64,000 nucleotides of DNA from Octopus sinensis (Eukaryota). The position numbers were made by a program, and so were the translations under genes. The stretch spans positions 51,770,001 to 51,834,000 of the forward strand of contig NC_043002.1 of NCBI RefSeq assembly GCF_006345805.1, given 5' to 3'. Within the stretch, counting starts at the first letter, position 1. Each line of letters begins with the position of its first letter. The notes below the pieces were generated by a model, which was given only the letters and a program-made list of their open reading frames with translations, ran no database searches and was not told the DNA's origin. Positions 1 through 14,754 of the stretch are shown here, one piece after another.

Positions 1-14
1 GTGTGTGTGCGTGT

Positions 15-395
15 TTATAGAGTGGTAAGAAGCTTGCTTCCCAACAACGAGGTTTCGGGTTCAGTCCCACTGCGTGGCACCTTGGGTAAGAGTGCCTCGG
101 GCCGATCAGATCCTTGTGAGTGGATTTAGTGGCGAGAAATTGAACGAAGCCCGTCATATATACTTAATGTATACAATCTGTGTGCGCATCTATATTTGTA
201 CCCCCCCCATCACCGCTTGAAAACCGTGTTGGTGTATTTATCACCCCGTAACTTAGCAGTTTGGTGAAAGGAACCGATAAGATAAGTACCAGGCTTACAA
301 AAATAAGTACTGGAGTCGATTTATTCGACTAAAACTTGAAGGCGGTGCCCCTGCATGGCAGCAGTCTAATGACTGAAATAGGTAAAATATGCATG
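15..395 (+). mobile_element. tRNA-derived SINE, family A, diverged copy
   Basis: Head gtggtaagaagcttgcttccc...gggttcagtcccactgcgtggcacc, internal microsatellite, tail ggcggtgcccctgcatggcagcagtctaatgactgaaa; many paralogues in the window. Confidence 0.85.
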
Positions 396-436
396 TATAT
401 ATGCATGTATATATGTATATATATATATATATATAT

Positions 437-1963
437 TTTAATGTTTTTATTTTTATCTAGTTTCAGCTCACAAGCTGTGGCCATGCTGGGGCACCGCCAT
501 TTGGTGTTGCTACATGATTTTACTTCACGAATGCTTTTTAGCAATTGCCATTTGGTGCATGAGAGAGTTCGATGCAGCTGCCCTCATCTGCTCCTCCTCC
601 CGTGAAGTTGGTTCATCTGGGACACCTGACAAGAAAAGATCCAGTTTTATTTTAAAGACATCTGCATCCACCCCATGCAGATCTCTTAGGTTCTTCGGGG
701 GGATATTGAAGAGTTGTGGGCCTCGGAAGCCCAGGCTATCACAGTATCTTGTCCTACATCTTGATGGCAAATTTGGACTCCTTGGCACTATGCAGTGGCG
801 CCCAGTTCTGGCATTTGTATAACTCTCGATGCCAAAGTTTGGGACAAGTCCTTCTAGGATCTTCCAGATGTATATTATGGCATATCTTTCTCGCCTACGC
901 TCTAAGGAATAGAGTCTCAATCTCTTGATTCTTTCCCGATAGCTTATACGCTGCACAGAGGCTATCTTCTTTGTGTAGCTTCCTTGGATCGCCTCAAGTT
1001 CTGTGATTAACTTGACACTGGATGGTGACCATAGCTGAGAGCAATAGTCAAAGTGGCTTAGGACAAGTGTCCTCCAGAGGACCATCATGGTTTCCTGGTC
1101 TCTTGTTCTAAAGGTTCTAAGAATCCATCCGGTCAGCCGCCTACATTTCTTTGCCAATTTAGCAACATGCACATGAAAGGTTGCATCATCACTCATGTAA
1201 ATACCCAGGTTTCGCACTGATTGTGCCTCTGGGATTGCAATCCCTCCAGGTCCAGTGTATTTATTGGGTATTGCATTTAGTTTTGCATGCTGATAGCATA
1301 AAGCTTGAAACTTTTCAGCATTGAACTGCATGCTATTCTTTTCAGCCCACTTGTATATTTTGTCCAGCTCACATTGCAGGTGCTTAATGTCTTCAGGGTT
1401 CTGTATTGCCTGTGAAACTTTTGTATCATCTGCATAACTTGTGATCGTGGCTCTCTGCGTGGCTGAGGGCATGTCTGAGAGGGCCATTATGAACAGTAGT
1501 GGTCCCAAAACAGTGCCTTGCGGAACACCGCTCACTATTTGCGTGTTAATGGAAGTGGCTACTACCACCTGACTTCTATCCTTCAGAAAGTCATGAAACC
1601 ATTCTCCCAATTCTCACGCAGTTTGTGACATATCATTCCATGATCGACTTTATCAAAGGCCTTTGCAAAGTCGAGATATATGACTTCCACATTTGAGTGG
1701 TTGAGCAGTCGTTTCAGCACCCAGTCATAGTGTTGTAGGAGCTGAGTTAAGCAGCTTCTTCCTGGTTGGAAACCATGTTGGGTGTCAGGCAGCAAGTCAT
1801 TTTCTTCAAGGAAGGTGATTAGTTTCCTTCTGACTATTCGTTCCATGACCTTGCTGATGGTTGAGGTCAGAGAGATAAGTCTGTAGTTCTTGGCCTCCGC
1901 TCTGCTACCTCCTTTATGAATAGGGCATATTTTACCTTCCTTCGGTTTTCTTGGAAGTTTGCC
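437..1963 (-). mobile_element. 5'-truncated CR1/L2-group LINE (RT to 3' UTR)
   Basis: KNYRLISLTS..KVMERI, QHGF, LDFAKAFDKVDH, SGVPQGTVLGPLLF and YADD motifs; 3' UTR ends in an A-rich tail at about 437-460; 5' end cut by (AT)n. Confidence 0.9.
525..1963 (-). pseudogene. Reverse transcriptase of the CR1/L2-group LINE, frameshifted near 1610
   Basis: ORFs 1583-1846 and 525-1610 join into one RT with a single frameshift; clade assignment is from motif recollection. Confidence 0.88.
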
Positions 1964-1978
1964 ATATATATATATATA

Positions 1979-2021
<43 letters not shown>

Positions 2022-2039
2022 ATATATATATATATACAT

Positions 2040-2443
2040 AGGCGCAGGAGTGGCTGTGTGGTAAGTAGCTTGATTACCAACCACGTGGTTCCGGGTTCAC
2101 TCCCACTGCGTGGCATCTTGGGCAAGTGTCTTCTGCTATTGCCCCGGGCCGACCAATCCTTGTGAGTGGATTTGGTAGACGGAAACTGAAAGAAGCCTGT
2201 CGTATATATGTATATATATATATGTGTGTGTGTATATATGTATGTGTGTCTGTGTTTGTCCCCCCTAGCATTGCTTGACAACCGATGGTGGTGTGTTTAC
2301 GTCCCCGTAACTTAGCGGTTCGGCGAAAGAGACCGATAGTACTGGGCTTACAAAGAATAGGTCCCGGGGTCAATTTGCTCGACTAAAGGCGGTGCTCCAG
2401 CATGGCCGCAGTCAAATGACTGAAACAAGTAAAAGAGTAAAGA

Positions 2444-2445
<2 letters not shown>
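2040..2445 (+). mobile_element. Full-length family A SINE
   Basis: ggcgcaggagtggctgtgtggtaag head, B-box-like gggttcactccc, internal (AT/GT)n, tail ...ccagcatggccgcagtcaaatgactgaaacaagtaaaagagtaaagag. Confidence 0.92.
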
Positions 2446-2483
<38 letters not shown>

Positions 2484-2930
2484 ACATACGATGGATAATT
2501 GTCAGCTAATTACAACTGTTTCTTACTCATATTTTTAATAGTGGAAAGGGAGAACATTACTCTATTACATAAATCCTTAATCATCAGAGGAAACGTAATT
2601 TTACAACCAAAAGAATATCACAAGAATGCGTCATCTGTTATAATTCATTTGATCATATTACACCAAGGGGATTTACGACTTGTCGGACACCCTAGAATAT
2701 ACCAACAACGTACTATTCAAAGTAACGCGTGATTTGGACCAGCCCCTAGGTGCTGAATACTCATAGGGTTGGTTTTCTCTGTATACACATCCGGAATATT
2801 CTATTTGATATTTACCAGCCACAAGCCGGAGCTAGAGGTTTTATCTCTAGAGGTTTTATGCACACAAACATATGTATAGGAGCAAAGAGATGACACCGGA
2901 AAAACAAAGGTTGTGTAACGAACTGCAGTA

Positions 2931-3009
2931 GCTTACAGCTGTTTCCGCTATAAGATATGATGGCCTTTTGATTGAGTACTTGAATAACATCCTGTAACTT
3001 CATCAGATC
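2931..3009 (-). ncRNA. Degenerate hammerhead-like motif with long helix II
   Basis: CUGAUGA (3006-3000), about 54-nt imperfect stem, GAAAC-AGCU-GUA; helix I has a mismatch. Confidence 0.4.
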
Positions 3010-3187
3010 CTTGAATATGAATTGCACTTTATTTGAGAAAATTACATTTTCAGAATATACAAGCCGTTACTAGTAAGAAAGTCAATGTTGATACCTATCG
3101 AAAGATCTGAGTAGACTCAGTTGTAAGCTAATGAAGTACATTATATAACCTTTGATCTTTCCGGTATATATTAGGTAATATAAGGTA

Positions 3188-6468
<3,281 letters not shown>

Positions 6469-7676
6469 TTATAGGTGGAAATGTATAACGGAAAATAAGA
6501 AAAAAATAATGAAATTTTTCAAAAAAAGCATGCAGCTTTGAAGTAGATATATGAAATGGACGTGTGTGTGTGTGTGTGTGTGTTTCCGGCTAATTTGGTG
6601 GGATTTTTACAGTCAGCACGAGGTAGTTTGTGTTTATCTCTGGAGTGGAATTGTTAATTTGTCTGTAATAGCAATGCCAGGACAAGTGACAATATCTTCG
6701 CAGAAAATAGCTTCAGGAGTTGTGAGGAAAGAATTTGTACGTAGTCTGTTTGTGAGAACTATTCTATTGGACCTCTGTCTAATCACGTCTTTTAAGGTAC
6801 ACACATATACATAGAAAATGTGAGGTCATGGTAGAAAATTTTTACGATAGTTAATTTATGGAGAAGATTATGCGGAATTTTTGAAATTCAAATCTTTGAA
6901 CGAAAATGAAGTTCAGACGTGTACATAGTAGGTAGACCTGGTAGAAATAGCAGCGAAATCTCCCTCAAAACACCCTACTGTATTAAACCAACAATTGTGC
7001 GTAATATGTAGTTTGAATGAGAAACTGTAACTAAAGATGAAGATAATTAACCCCACAAAGAGGTGAAAGAAAAGAGACAGCATAGGGAAAGTTTTAGTTG
7101 ACTCATCCTGTAGTCCCCTTGTTGCTAGTGGAATGGTATATGGCGGCTGTGTGAGCAACTGGTTGTTTTAATTGGGGAACAAAGAGAGGAAGAAGTTTTA
7201 ATCGATTTTCTCGGTAAGTATGGAAGCTAGGAAAAAATAGAAGAGGCATTAAGAAGTTGACGTTAAGAATTGCTTTGACAGTTAGAAAATGTTTGACATT
7301 TCAATCATCACCAAAAACTGAAGCTGTAAGAATTTACGGGGAAATTGTATGTAAAAAGTAAAGCAGAGATGATTTATAACTATACTGCCAAAGTTCTGCA
7401 ACTTAATAGCAGACGTATCCAATTTAAGAAAAGTGAAGATGAAAGCTAAGTGTAAAATTATGGAAGAAGTCATTGGTATACGCTTATAGGAAAAATATCT
7501 TGTGGTTGTTAGCATTGTTAGCACCGCAAACGGTTCGGTTCGGTGGCCCAAGTACATGATCTGTGTAGCTCTTACGATCTTTTCGAAGGCCATATAGGGG
7601 TGGGATTTCATTGTTGGTGGTTATGAAATTGAATTGTTAGATGTACGTTTCATCCTCGTGTGAGCAGTTATTTATA

Positions 7677-7714
<38 letters not shown>

Positions 7715-7791
7715 CCAGGTGGTGCTATTAAGTTAGACATGGCCTGGGCCAATAATGGCCGAAACCTATCAAAGTATCAAAGTATATATAT

Positions 7792-7841
<50 letters not shown>

Positions 7842-7937
7842 TAATAAAATATTATTCGAGACAAAACCACTATTTATCAAAACAAACAAGGAAGACTTAA
7901 TCAATACATAAAATTTAATAAATAGTCAACAAAACCG

Positions 7938-7980
7938 CCACTACAATCGTTTCTGTCTTGATCGAACAATCTTCAGGTGG
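7938..7980 (-). ncRNA. Minimal type-I hammerhead ribozyme motif (left arm)
   Basis: CCAC-CUGAAGA-U-UGUU(cgaucaa)GACA-GAAAC-GAUU-GUA-GUGG. Confidence 0.6.
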
Positions 7981-8034
7981 ACTTCCAATAATTCAGTGTC
8001 AATTATGAGTAATTTGACACTGAATTATTGAAGT

Positions 8035-8077
8035 CCACCTGAAGATTGTCGATCAAGACAAGAAACGATTGTAGTGG
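8035..8077 (+). ncRNA. Minimal type-I hammerhead ribozyme motif (right arm)
   Basis: CCAC-CUGAAGA-UUGUC(gaucaa)GACAA-GAAAC-GAUU-GUA-GUGG; predicted cleavage after A8073. Confidence 0.68.
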
Positions 8078-8306
8078 CGGTTTTTTGACTTTTATTAAAT
8101 TTTATGTATTGATTAAGTCTTTCCTTGTTGTTTTGCAAAATAGTGGTTTTGTCTCGAATAATATTTTATAATATTTTACTATAAAATCGATTTAATCCTA
8201 AATCTGATTTTTCCCTGTAAATTTGGATTATTCCCTAATATTTATTATTATATATATATATATATATTCTATATAATATATATATATATATATATATAAT
8301 ATAAAT

Positions 8307-8337
<31 letters not shown>

Positions 8338-8585
8338 GTTCAAATTTGGAAAAAAATATAATACAATTCAAGTTATATACCTATATATATATATAAAGTT
8401 CATAAAGAAATAAAAGACGAAGTCAGGTGTAGGAACAACAAGCAGGTATATTAGTTTAACGCTCGGTAAAAATGGAAATATTTTTATGTTTCGAACCAAC
8501 GCTCTTCGACAAAAGGAATAACAGGGGAAAATAGAGAGAGAACGAAAAACTCAGAGAAAAATTGTGTAGTGTTCAGCGGTCCAAC

Positions 8586-8586
8586 G

Positions 8587-8618
<32 letters not shown>

Positions 8619-8930
8619 TGTATGTATGTATGTATGTATGTGTATGTGTGTATGTGTGTGTGTATGTGTGTGTGTGTATGTATCTATGTGTGTATGTGTG
8701 TATGTGTGTGTATGTGTGTATGTGTGTGTATGCGTGTGTGCATGTGTGTGTATGCGTGTGTGTATGTATGTGTGTATGTATGTGTGTGTGTATGTGTTGT
8801 GTGTATGTATGTGTGTATGTATGTGTGTGTGTATGTGTGTGTGTATGTATGTGCGTGTGTGTGCGTGTATGCATGTATGTATGCATGCATGTATGCATGT
8901 ATGCATGTATGTATGTATGCATGCATATAT
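8586..8930. repeat. Compound (ATGT)n/(GT)n microsatellite
   Basis: Directly visible; source of several spurious ORFs. Confidence 0.95.
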
Positions 8931-9154
8931 ACACACTACAGGCACACACACACATTATATATATGCGTATACATATGTATACGTATCTTCTACTATAACC
9001 TCGAGCCGTCCATAGCTTTGTGAGTGGATTTGGTCGAGGGAAACTGAGAGAAGCTCGTCGTATATATAAGTATGTGTGTGTGCTGTGTGTGTGTATATAC
9101 GTACGTATGTATATTGTATGTATGTATGTATGTATGTATGTATGTATGTATGTA

Positions 9155-9185
<31 letters not shown>

Positions 9186-10194
9186 ATGTATGTATGTATG
9201 TATGTATGTATATGAAGTATTGGTGTTGTGTATCGGCCAATCATTAAAAAAAGTCTTTTATTCAAAATTGGCATTTTGTATTTCTTACCTATGTAAAATT
9301 TTTACGAAATTAAGCTCTCCGCTCTGCTTAACTGAAGATAGTCACACGCCCATAACTCTGTGTGTGTTTTGTGTGTGTGTGTGTGTGTGTGATATATTTT
9401 GTTACTATGCAAGACTGGGTGCTCCAGGCATAAACGTTATGTAAATTAACAATTTCATTTCCCTGTAGCAACTAAATTTGATGTATATATATAACAGAAC
9501 GGGTATTCATTTCTCTGGGTAATTGGTCGAGTGATATAAACACCCTTGATGAAATTCCATTAAGGTTTCAAAAATCGATTTCGGCTGTCCATCATCTTTT
9601 CCTATCCACAAGGAAATAGGTAAAATTAACATATTTGTATATATACAACATAGGTTTACATATATTGCATCATATCCTGATACTGAGTAGGGTGGGCTAA
9701 CCGTTGACAGGCCACTGATATTATTTAAACTGACAAACAGTAATGGTAGGTAAATTAATAGCTTCAATTCTCAATAAATATTAAATCTGATATGTATATA
9801 AACAGAAATGCTATTCATTAATCTGGGATTGGTTAAGTAATATATACACCTGAAAGAATCAAAAGGCAGCTTAATCTTCATTTGTTCCAAGATCGACATG
9901 TTGGTGCTCGTGTTGGTATGTCTACTACGTAAGCTTACATATATATATGTACATATACATACATACATACATACATACATACATACATACATACACATAC
10001 ACATACATACATACATACATGGTGGCTGCCCTCTCGTTATCGAGTATGGCCATTGCACGAAGCTTAATCAATGTTGTTATCGTGCAATGCCTGTGCAAGA
10101 AGATATTTTTTAAGTGAGGAAAGGCTGTGCACTGAGTCAATCCCACTCACTAAGCAACAGCAGCCATAATCCGAGAAGAAGAACAAATCAACAT

Positions 10195-10515
10195 CATCGG
10201 TAACCACTGAGCCGCAGGTTTTATGTCGGAGTTATCCCAGTTACCTGAGTTGCCTTCTCCTAGAAGGATGCCCTGACAAAGGCTAGGAATCCTTCACTCC
10301 CAATGGTTTAACTGCGCGATAGGATATTCAATCCGATTATTTCTCTGTCCCCGCGCATGATACAGCTTTAAGACATTTATTGGATGGCCGTTGACTCCCA
10401 AGAGTTCCCCGCCCTTTGACGGGTTTTGTTTTTCATCCCGCAGGGTGACCATAAATCCCTCCTCACCAAGCGAGCTTGGTGGGGTTGCCGGTTTAGTCGC
10501 CGACGACCCTACCAT
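10195..10515 (-). mobile_element. Probable 5' fragment of an RTE-type LINE
   Basis: GC-richer island resembling RTE 5' regions (ggtcgtcggcgactaaaccggcaaccccaccaag); recognised from memory, no protein motif. Confidence 0.3.
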
Positions 10516-10631
10516 GCACAGGTAGTACTGGGTTCACATGTTACCAGTAGCACTCGAAAGTGACCTGCACCATACATACATACATACATACATACATACA
10601 TACATACGTGTGTGCGTGTGTGTGTGTGTGT

Positions 10632-10702
<71 letters not shown>

Positions 10703-11039
10703 GTGTAAACAGGCACTCCGTCGTTTCGTCGACCCGGTTTACAGTTGATTTGATCAATAGTATTGCCTGCTGAGCACCTCACGTATCCTTAACGTGGTTC
10801 TCAGGGAGATTCAGCGTGACACAGGCTGGCTTTTAGAAATACTGGTACTACTCATTTTTGACAGCTGAATGGACTGGAGTTAGGTGAAAAGCCAAATGCC
10901 TTCACTTTATATATACCTCCTTTTTTAGGAAAAGCTTGATATATTGGTGAACACTCAACGACGTTAGAGAGCATAGAGATTAAAGTTGTAGTTGAGAAAC
11001 AGTTAGCTCAAATGGAGGGCTGGAAGCCATGTGAATATT

Positions 11040-11633
11040 GGATAAGAGTCACCTGTATCATTATGTCTCTCACCGGCTGTCAAATGCCGACATTCATGAC
11101 TGCTACTCAATGCTCTGTGGTCGCTGTAAAAGCTGCATGGCGAGGCATGGAGCAGCTGCAACGGAGACTACCAAGCTGTGGTTAGCAGGAAGGGACACAG
11201 CGAGCATTCTGATCGAGTCCACCAGCCGGATTTCATCTTTGAACAGGGCATACAGATATGTAAAGCTGTTGGATACAGCAATCAATCACAGGCTGAAAAG
11301 GATTGCAGCTGGAAGGCTATACGTGTAGCACAGGATTCGGCTCGAAGCCATACCTCCAGAAAGAATCAGAAGTGATTGTCAGAAAATTTCTACGACTTCA
11401 CCATCCCCAAATTCTGACCTAATTTCCCCGATTGTAATCCCATGGATCACAACGTGTAGAGCACGGTTGAGAAAGACACCAACCGCTCTACCTACAACAC
11501 CGGGGCCGAACTGATGGTCCGGATTAAGAGTATGTTTGAAGATCTTCCCAGAGACACAGTGAAGAATGCATGCGCCTGATTTTGGAGCCATTTTCAGACA
11601 GTGATAGAGGCAGAGGCCGGTTACTTTGAATAA
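11040..11633 (+). pseudogene. Tc1/mariner-superfamily (maT, DD37D-like) transposase relic
   Basis: QDSARSHTSRKNQK*LSENF...F*PNFPDCNPMDHNV*STVEK...EAEAGYFE*; D-D spacing 36 in this damaged copy, consistent with DD37D. Confidence 0.75.
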
Positions 11634-12163
11634 ATTGTTATCTCCTAGCTATACTCTAGTGGATATTTTTTATGGGATATTGCGTTTCCTTTTCTTTTAT
11701 GTAAATTGACAAACTCAACACAAGCAACCTGTATATTATATCATATCCTGATATGGCGATAACTGAGCACCCGTTCACAGGCCACTGATATTTAAACGCT
11801 AAACATTAATAGAATTAGTTCTCAATAACTATAAAATTTAGTGTGTATATAAACATAATGGCTAGTCATTAAACTGGGATTGGTTGAATTCTATAAACAC
11901 TTTAAAGGATCGAAAATCGGTTAATGCTTCTCAACATTGTTATCAATTCACGGAAAAGTAAGTAAAATTATGTTTGTAAATTTACCACGTAGGCTTATAT
12001 TTGTACAGATACATGTATACATATATGCATATATGCATATACATACATACGTAAATACATGCATACATACACACACGTACATGCACACACACGCATATAA
12101 TATATACACGAACATATGTATATAAATATATACATACATAGACAGACAGGCATACGCACATAA

Positions 12164-12296
<133 letters not shown>

Positions 12297-12326
12297 TCAA
12301 AATAAGCAACAGGATATCAAGAAGTG

Positions 12327-12414
12327 ATGCAGTACTACCGTTTCAAGCGGCTTCATTAAATTGAACAATGCAATCATTACATCAATTTAAATGCAGAGCT
12401 ATCATCAGCTACAC
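12327..12414 (-). ncRNA. Type-I hammerhead motif with extended (about 57 nt) helix II
   Basis: GUGUAG-CUGAUGA-[long stem-loop]-GAAAC-GGUA-GUA-CUGCAU; helix I 5-6 bp. Confidence 0.6.
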
Positions 12415-12544
12415 AAATAAATTGAATTTTAACTATTTGGACATATTAATATAATTTTTCTCAAATACTTTAACAGAGCAAGAAGATGGGAAAATCCATG
12501 TCGTTGCTATTATAGCTAACAATAGACTACACTTCCAAGAATGA

Positions 12545-12866
12545 CATTTGGGATAAAGAAGAAAAACTGTGTACAGTTGTGGAAATCAGCTGCCCAGTGG
12601 ATATTAACATAACGCCGAAGATCAGTGGAAAAGAGGACACCTAAGCTAAACTATTAAGATATCTGCAGTTACTCTATCCGGATAAGTTCAAGTCTATACT
12701 TGTAATTATTGAGGCACTAAGATACGTAACACCTTGCCTAAATACCAATCTTGAGAAATTAGGCTTCTCAAAGCCAAAGAGGAGAAAGCTGATTCGAATA
12801 CTACAGATCCAAACCATCACTGGAACTGTAAAAGTTTGTAAAACTTTCCAGAAGTTTATCATTTAA
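12545..12866 (+). pseudogene. Restriction-like endonuclease C-terminus of an R4/Dong/NeSL-type LINE
   Basis: IWDKEEKLCTVVEISCPVDINI..K..*AKLLRYLQLLYPD...VIIEAL...TVKVCKTFQKFII*. Confidence 0.75.
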
Positions 12867-12924
12867 GTATTTATGAGTATGTCTAGATATGCAAGTATAT
12901 GCATGAGAAAACATATATAAAAAG

Positions 12925-13079
12925 AAAATTAGAAATAATATATTTCTAAAACTCTCAGGGATTTAGAAATATATTTTTAAATCTCTTAGAGAGATTTATA
13001 CAGTAGCAGCACATTAAGTTGGCAGCAAACCATCACTTTATCGTGCTGCTACTGTATAACTTTGTCTGAGAGGTTTAGT
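12925..13079. repeat. About 155-bp imperfect foldback (MITE-like)
   Basis: aaaattagaaat/atttctaatttt, ctctcag/ctgagag and tatacagtagcagcac/gtgctgctactgtata pair. Confidence 0.75.
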
Positions 13080-13163
13080 AATATAATATTTCTAATTTTG
13101 TAGATCAGTGAATTTATTTCACTTGAAATCTGTTTTAAAAGGTGAATAAGCATCGACAGACAG

Positions 13164-13229
13164 CCAGCAAGCCAAGCTACTCCAGACTGATGAAGATCAA
13201 TGACTCTGAAACTAGTCTATGAATGCTGG
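13164..13229 (+). ncRNA. Hammerhead motif with palindromic helix III, slightly degenerate
   Basis: CUGAUGA 13187-13193, AGA..UCU helix II, GAAAC-UA-GUC, distal pairing CCAGCA/UGCUGG; one mismatch in proximal helix I. Confidence 0.5.
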
Positions 13230-13563
13230 GTGGAGGTGCTTATCTCTCCTGTTTGAAAACATAAGGACACAGTACACTTGTGTCACATAACCAACTGGAA
13301 ACGGTGTTTCCTGGGACTAAATAGCAAGCTTCTTACCACACAGCCACGCTGGGACTGCCACATTAAGTTGGCAACAAACCATTACTATAAAAAGAAAACG
13401 TTCAATTCTGCACATATACATATATTCAAAAATACCCTATTGGTGTTGTTGAAATTCCAATGAAGGAGCCTTGAATGTAGGTTAGAAACCGGCTCTTTCT
13501 CTATTGGCAAGAAATTTTGAAATAAAACTGAATAATTGCATACATACCTACATACATATATGT

Positions 13564-13594
<31 letters not shown>

Positions 13595-14304
13595 AATATG
13601 CATACAACAAAGTGCTTTTCATGTTTCTACCTTTTATATTAAGCTTTCACTTTTATTGTGTATATATTTTTCGCATTCCTATGAACTTTTTTTTTCATTA
13701 CTATTGAGATTGAGTGAAGCTAATAAATGTACAACGCTAAAGTATTACAAACTGAAGGTGAGTCAACAACAATGACATTTTTTGATGGTAGGTTGTTGAC
13801 TAGAAGTTGATGAGAAAAACTAAGCACAGCTTTAAGTATAAGAAATAAATTGACGAATATTCTCATTCAGCAAGCTCTTTTTTTTTTTTAAATGTTACAA
13901 ATATCAATCAGAGGTGAACGACTTTAGAGAAATAGAAGTGACGAACCGGAAAAAAAAAAAATAAAAGTAGAAAACTTCTCTGTAATATGTCCATGTTCGT
14001 GACTTGAGAGAGAGAGGGGGAGAGAGAGAGAATGATGTATGAGAGACATGTACGTTGCAATGATTAACCCTTAGCCGCTCCAAAGCATTTTCATTTGTTT
14101 GTCCTAAACATCCATGTTTGTTTTCAAACTTTTTGATTACCTTTATTTCGTACCATTCTGAGTAACATAAAGGAGCGATCCCCTGTTTTTTTTGTTTTAT
14201 TTTTACATCACGGACCTCTTTCCTGCCAGACGATTTTTCCTAGGACAAGGAGAAAATGCGCATACCAAAACACAATAAAGTGCATATCATATAATAGAAA
14301 ATTA

Positions 14305-14471
14305 TAAGCGTGGCTGTGTGGTAAGAAGCTTGCTTTCTAACCACATGGTTCTGGGTTCAGTCCCTCTGCTTGGTACATTGGGAAAGTTTTTATTTTTTTT
14401 TTTACAATAGCCTCGGGCAGACCAAAGCCTTGTGAGTCGATTTAGTAGACAGAAACTGGAAGAAGGCCGCC

Positions 14472-14517
<46 letters not shown>

Positions 14518-14745
14518 ATATATGTATGCGTGATTTTCTGCCTATGTTTGTCTTCCACTTGACAATCGGTATTGGTGTGTTGCGTCCCCGTAATTTAGCA
14601 GTTCGACAAGAGATTGATAGAAGTACCATGCTTAAATGAAAACAATAAACACTGACATAGATTCATTCGACTAAAAATTCTTCAAGGCGGCACTCCAGCA
14701 TGAGCGTAGTCCAATGACTGAAATACGTAAAAGATAAAAGAGTAT
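14305..14745 (+). mobile_element. Family A SINE
   Basis: Head, internal (AT)n and tail all present. Confidence 0.85.
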
Positions 14746-14754
14746 ATATCAGGC

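Larger units (their letters stand above)
7845..8168. repeat. About 320-bp near-perfect palindrome (Penelope inverted pLTR-like) flanked by (AT)n
   Basis: Arms about 7845-8005 and 8010-8168 are reverse complements around a tgag loop. Confidence 0.9.

Noticed and set aside
6550-7620. Possible highly decayed LINE on the minus strand (QIMYLG-like)
   Set aside because: No diagnostic motif could be reconstructed with confidence
8440-8530. gtcgaagagcgttggttcgaaac on the minus strand, and ggcc-aataat-ggcc-gaaac at 7745
   Set aside because: CUGANGA core absent or scrambled; remnants only
8484-9444. Many 70-300 aa ORFs rich in YI, HT, VC or MY (also near 4700-5200, 28500-29400, 57900-58500)
   Set aside because: Translations of dinucleotide and tetranucleotide microsatellites that simply lack stop codons
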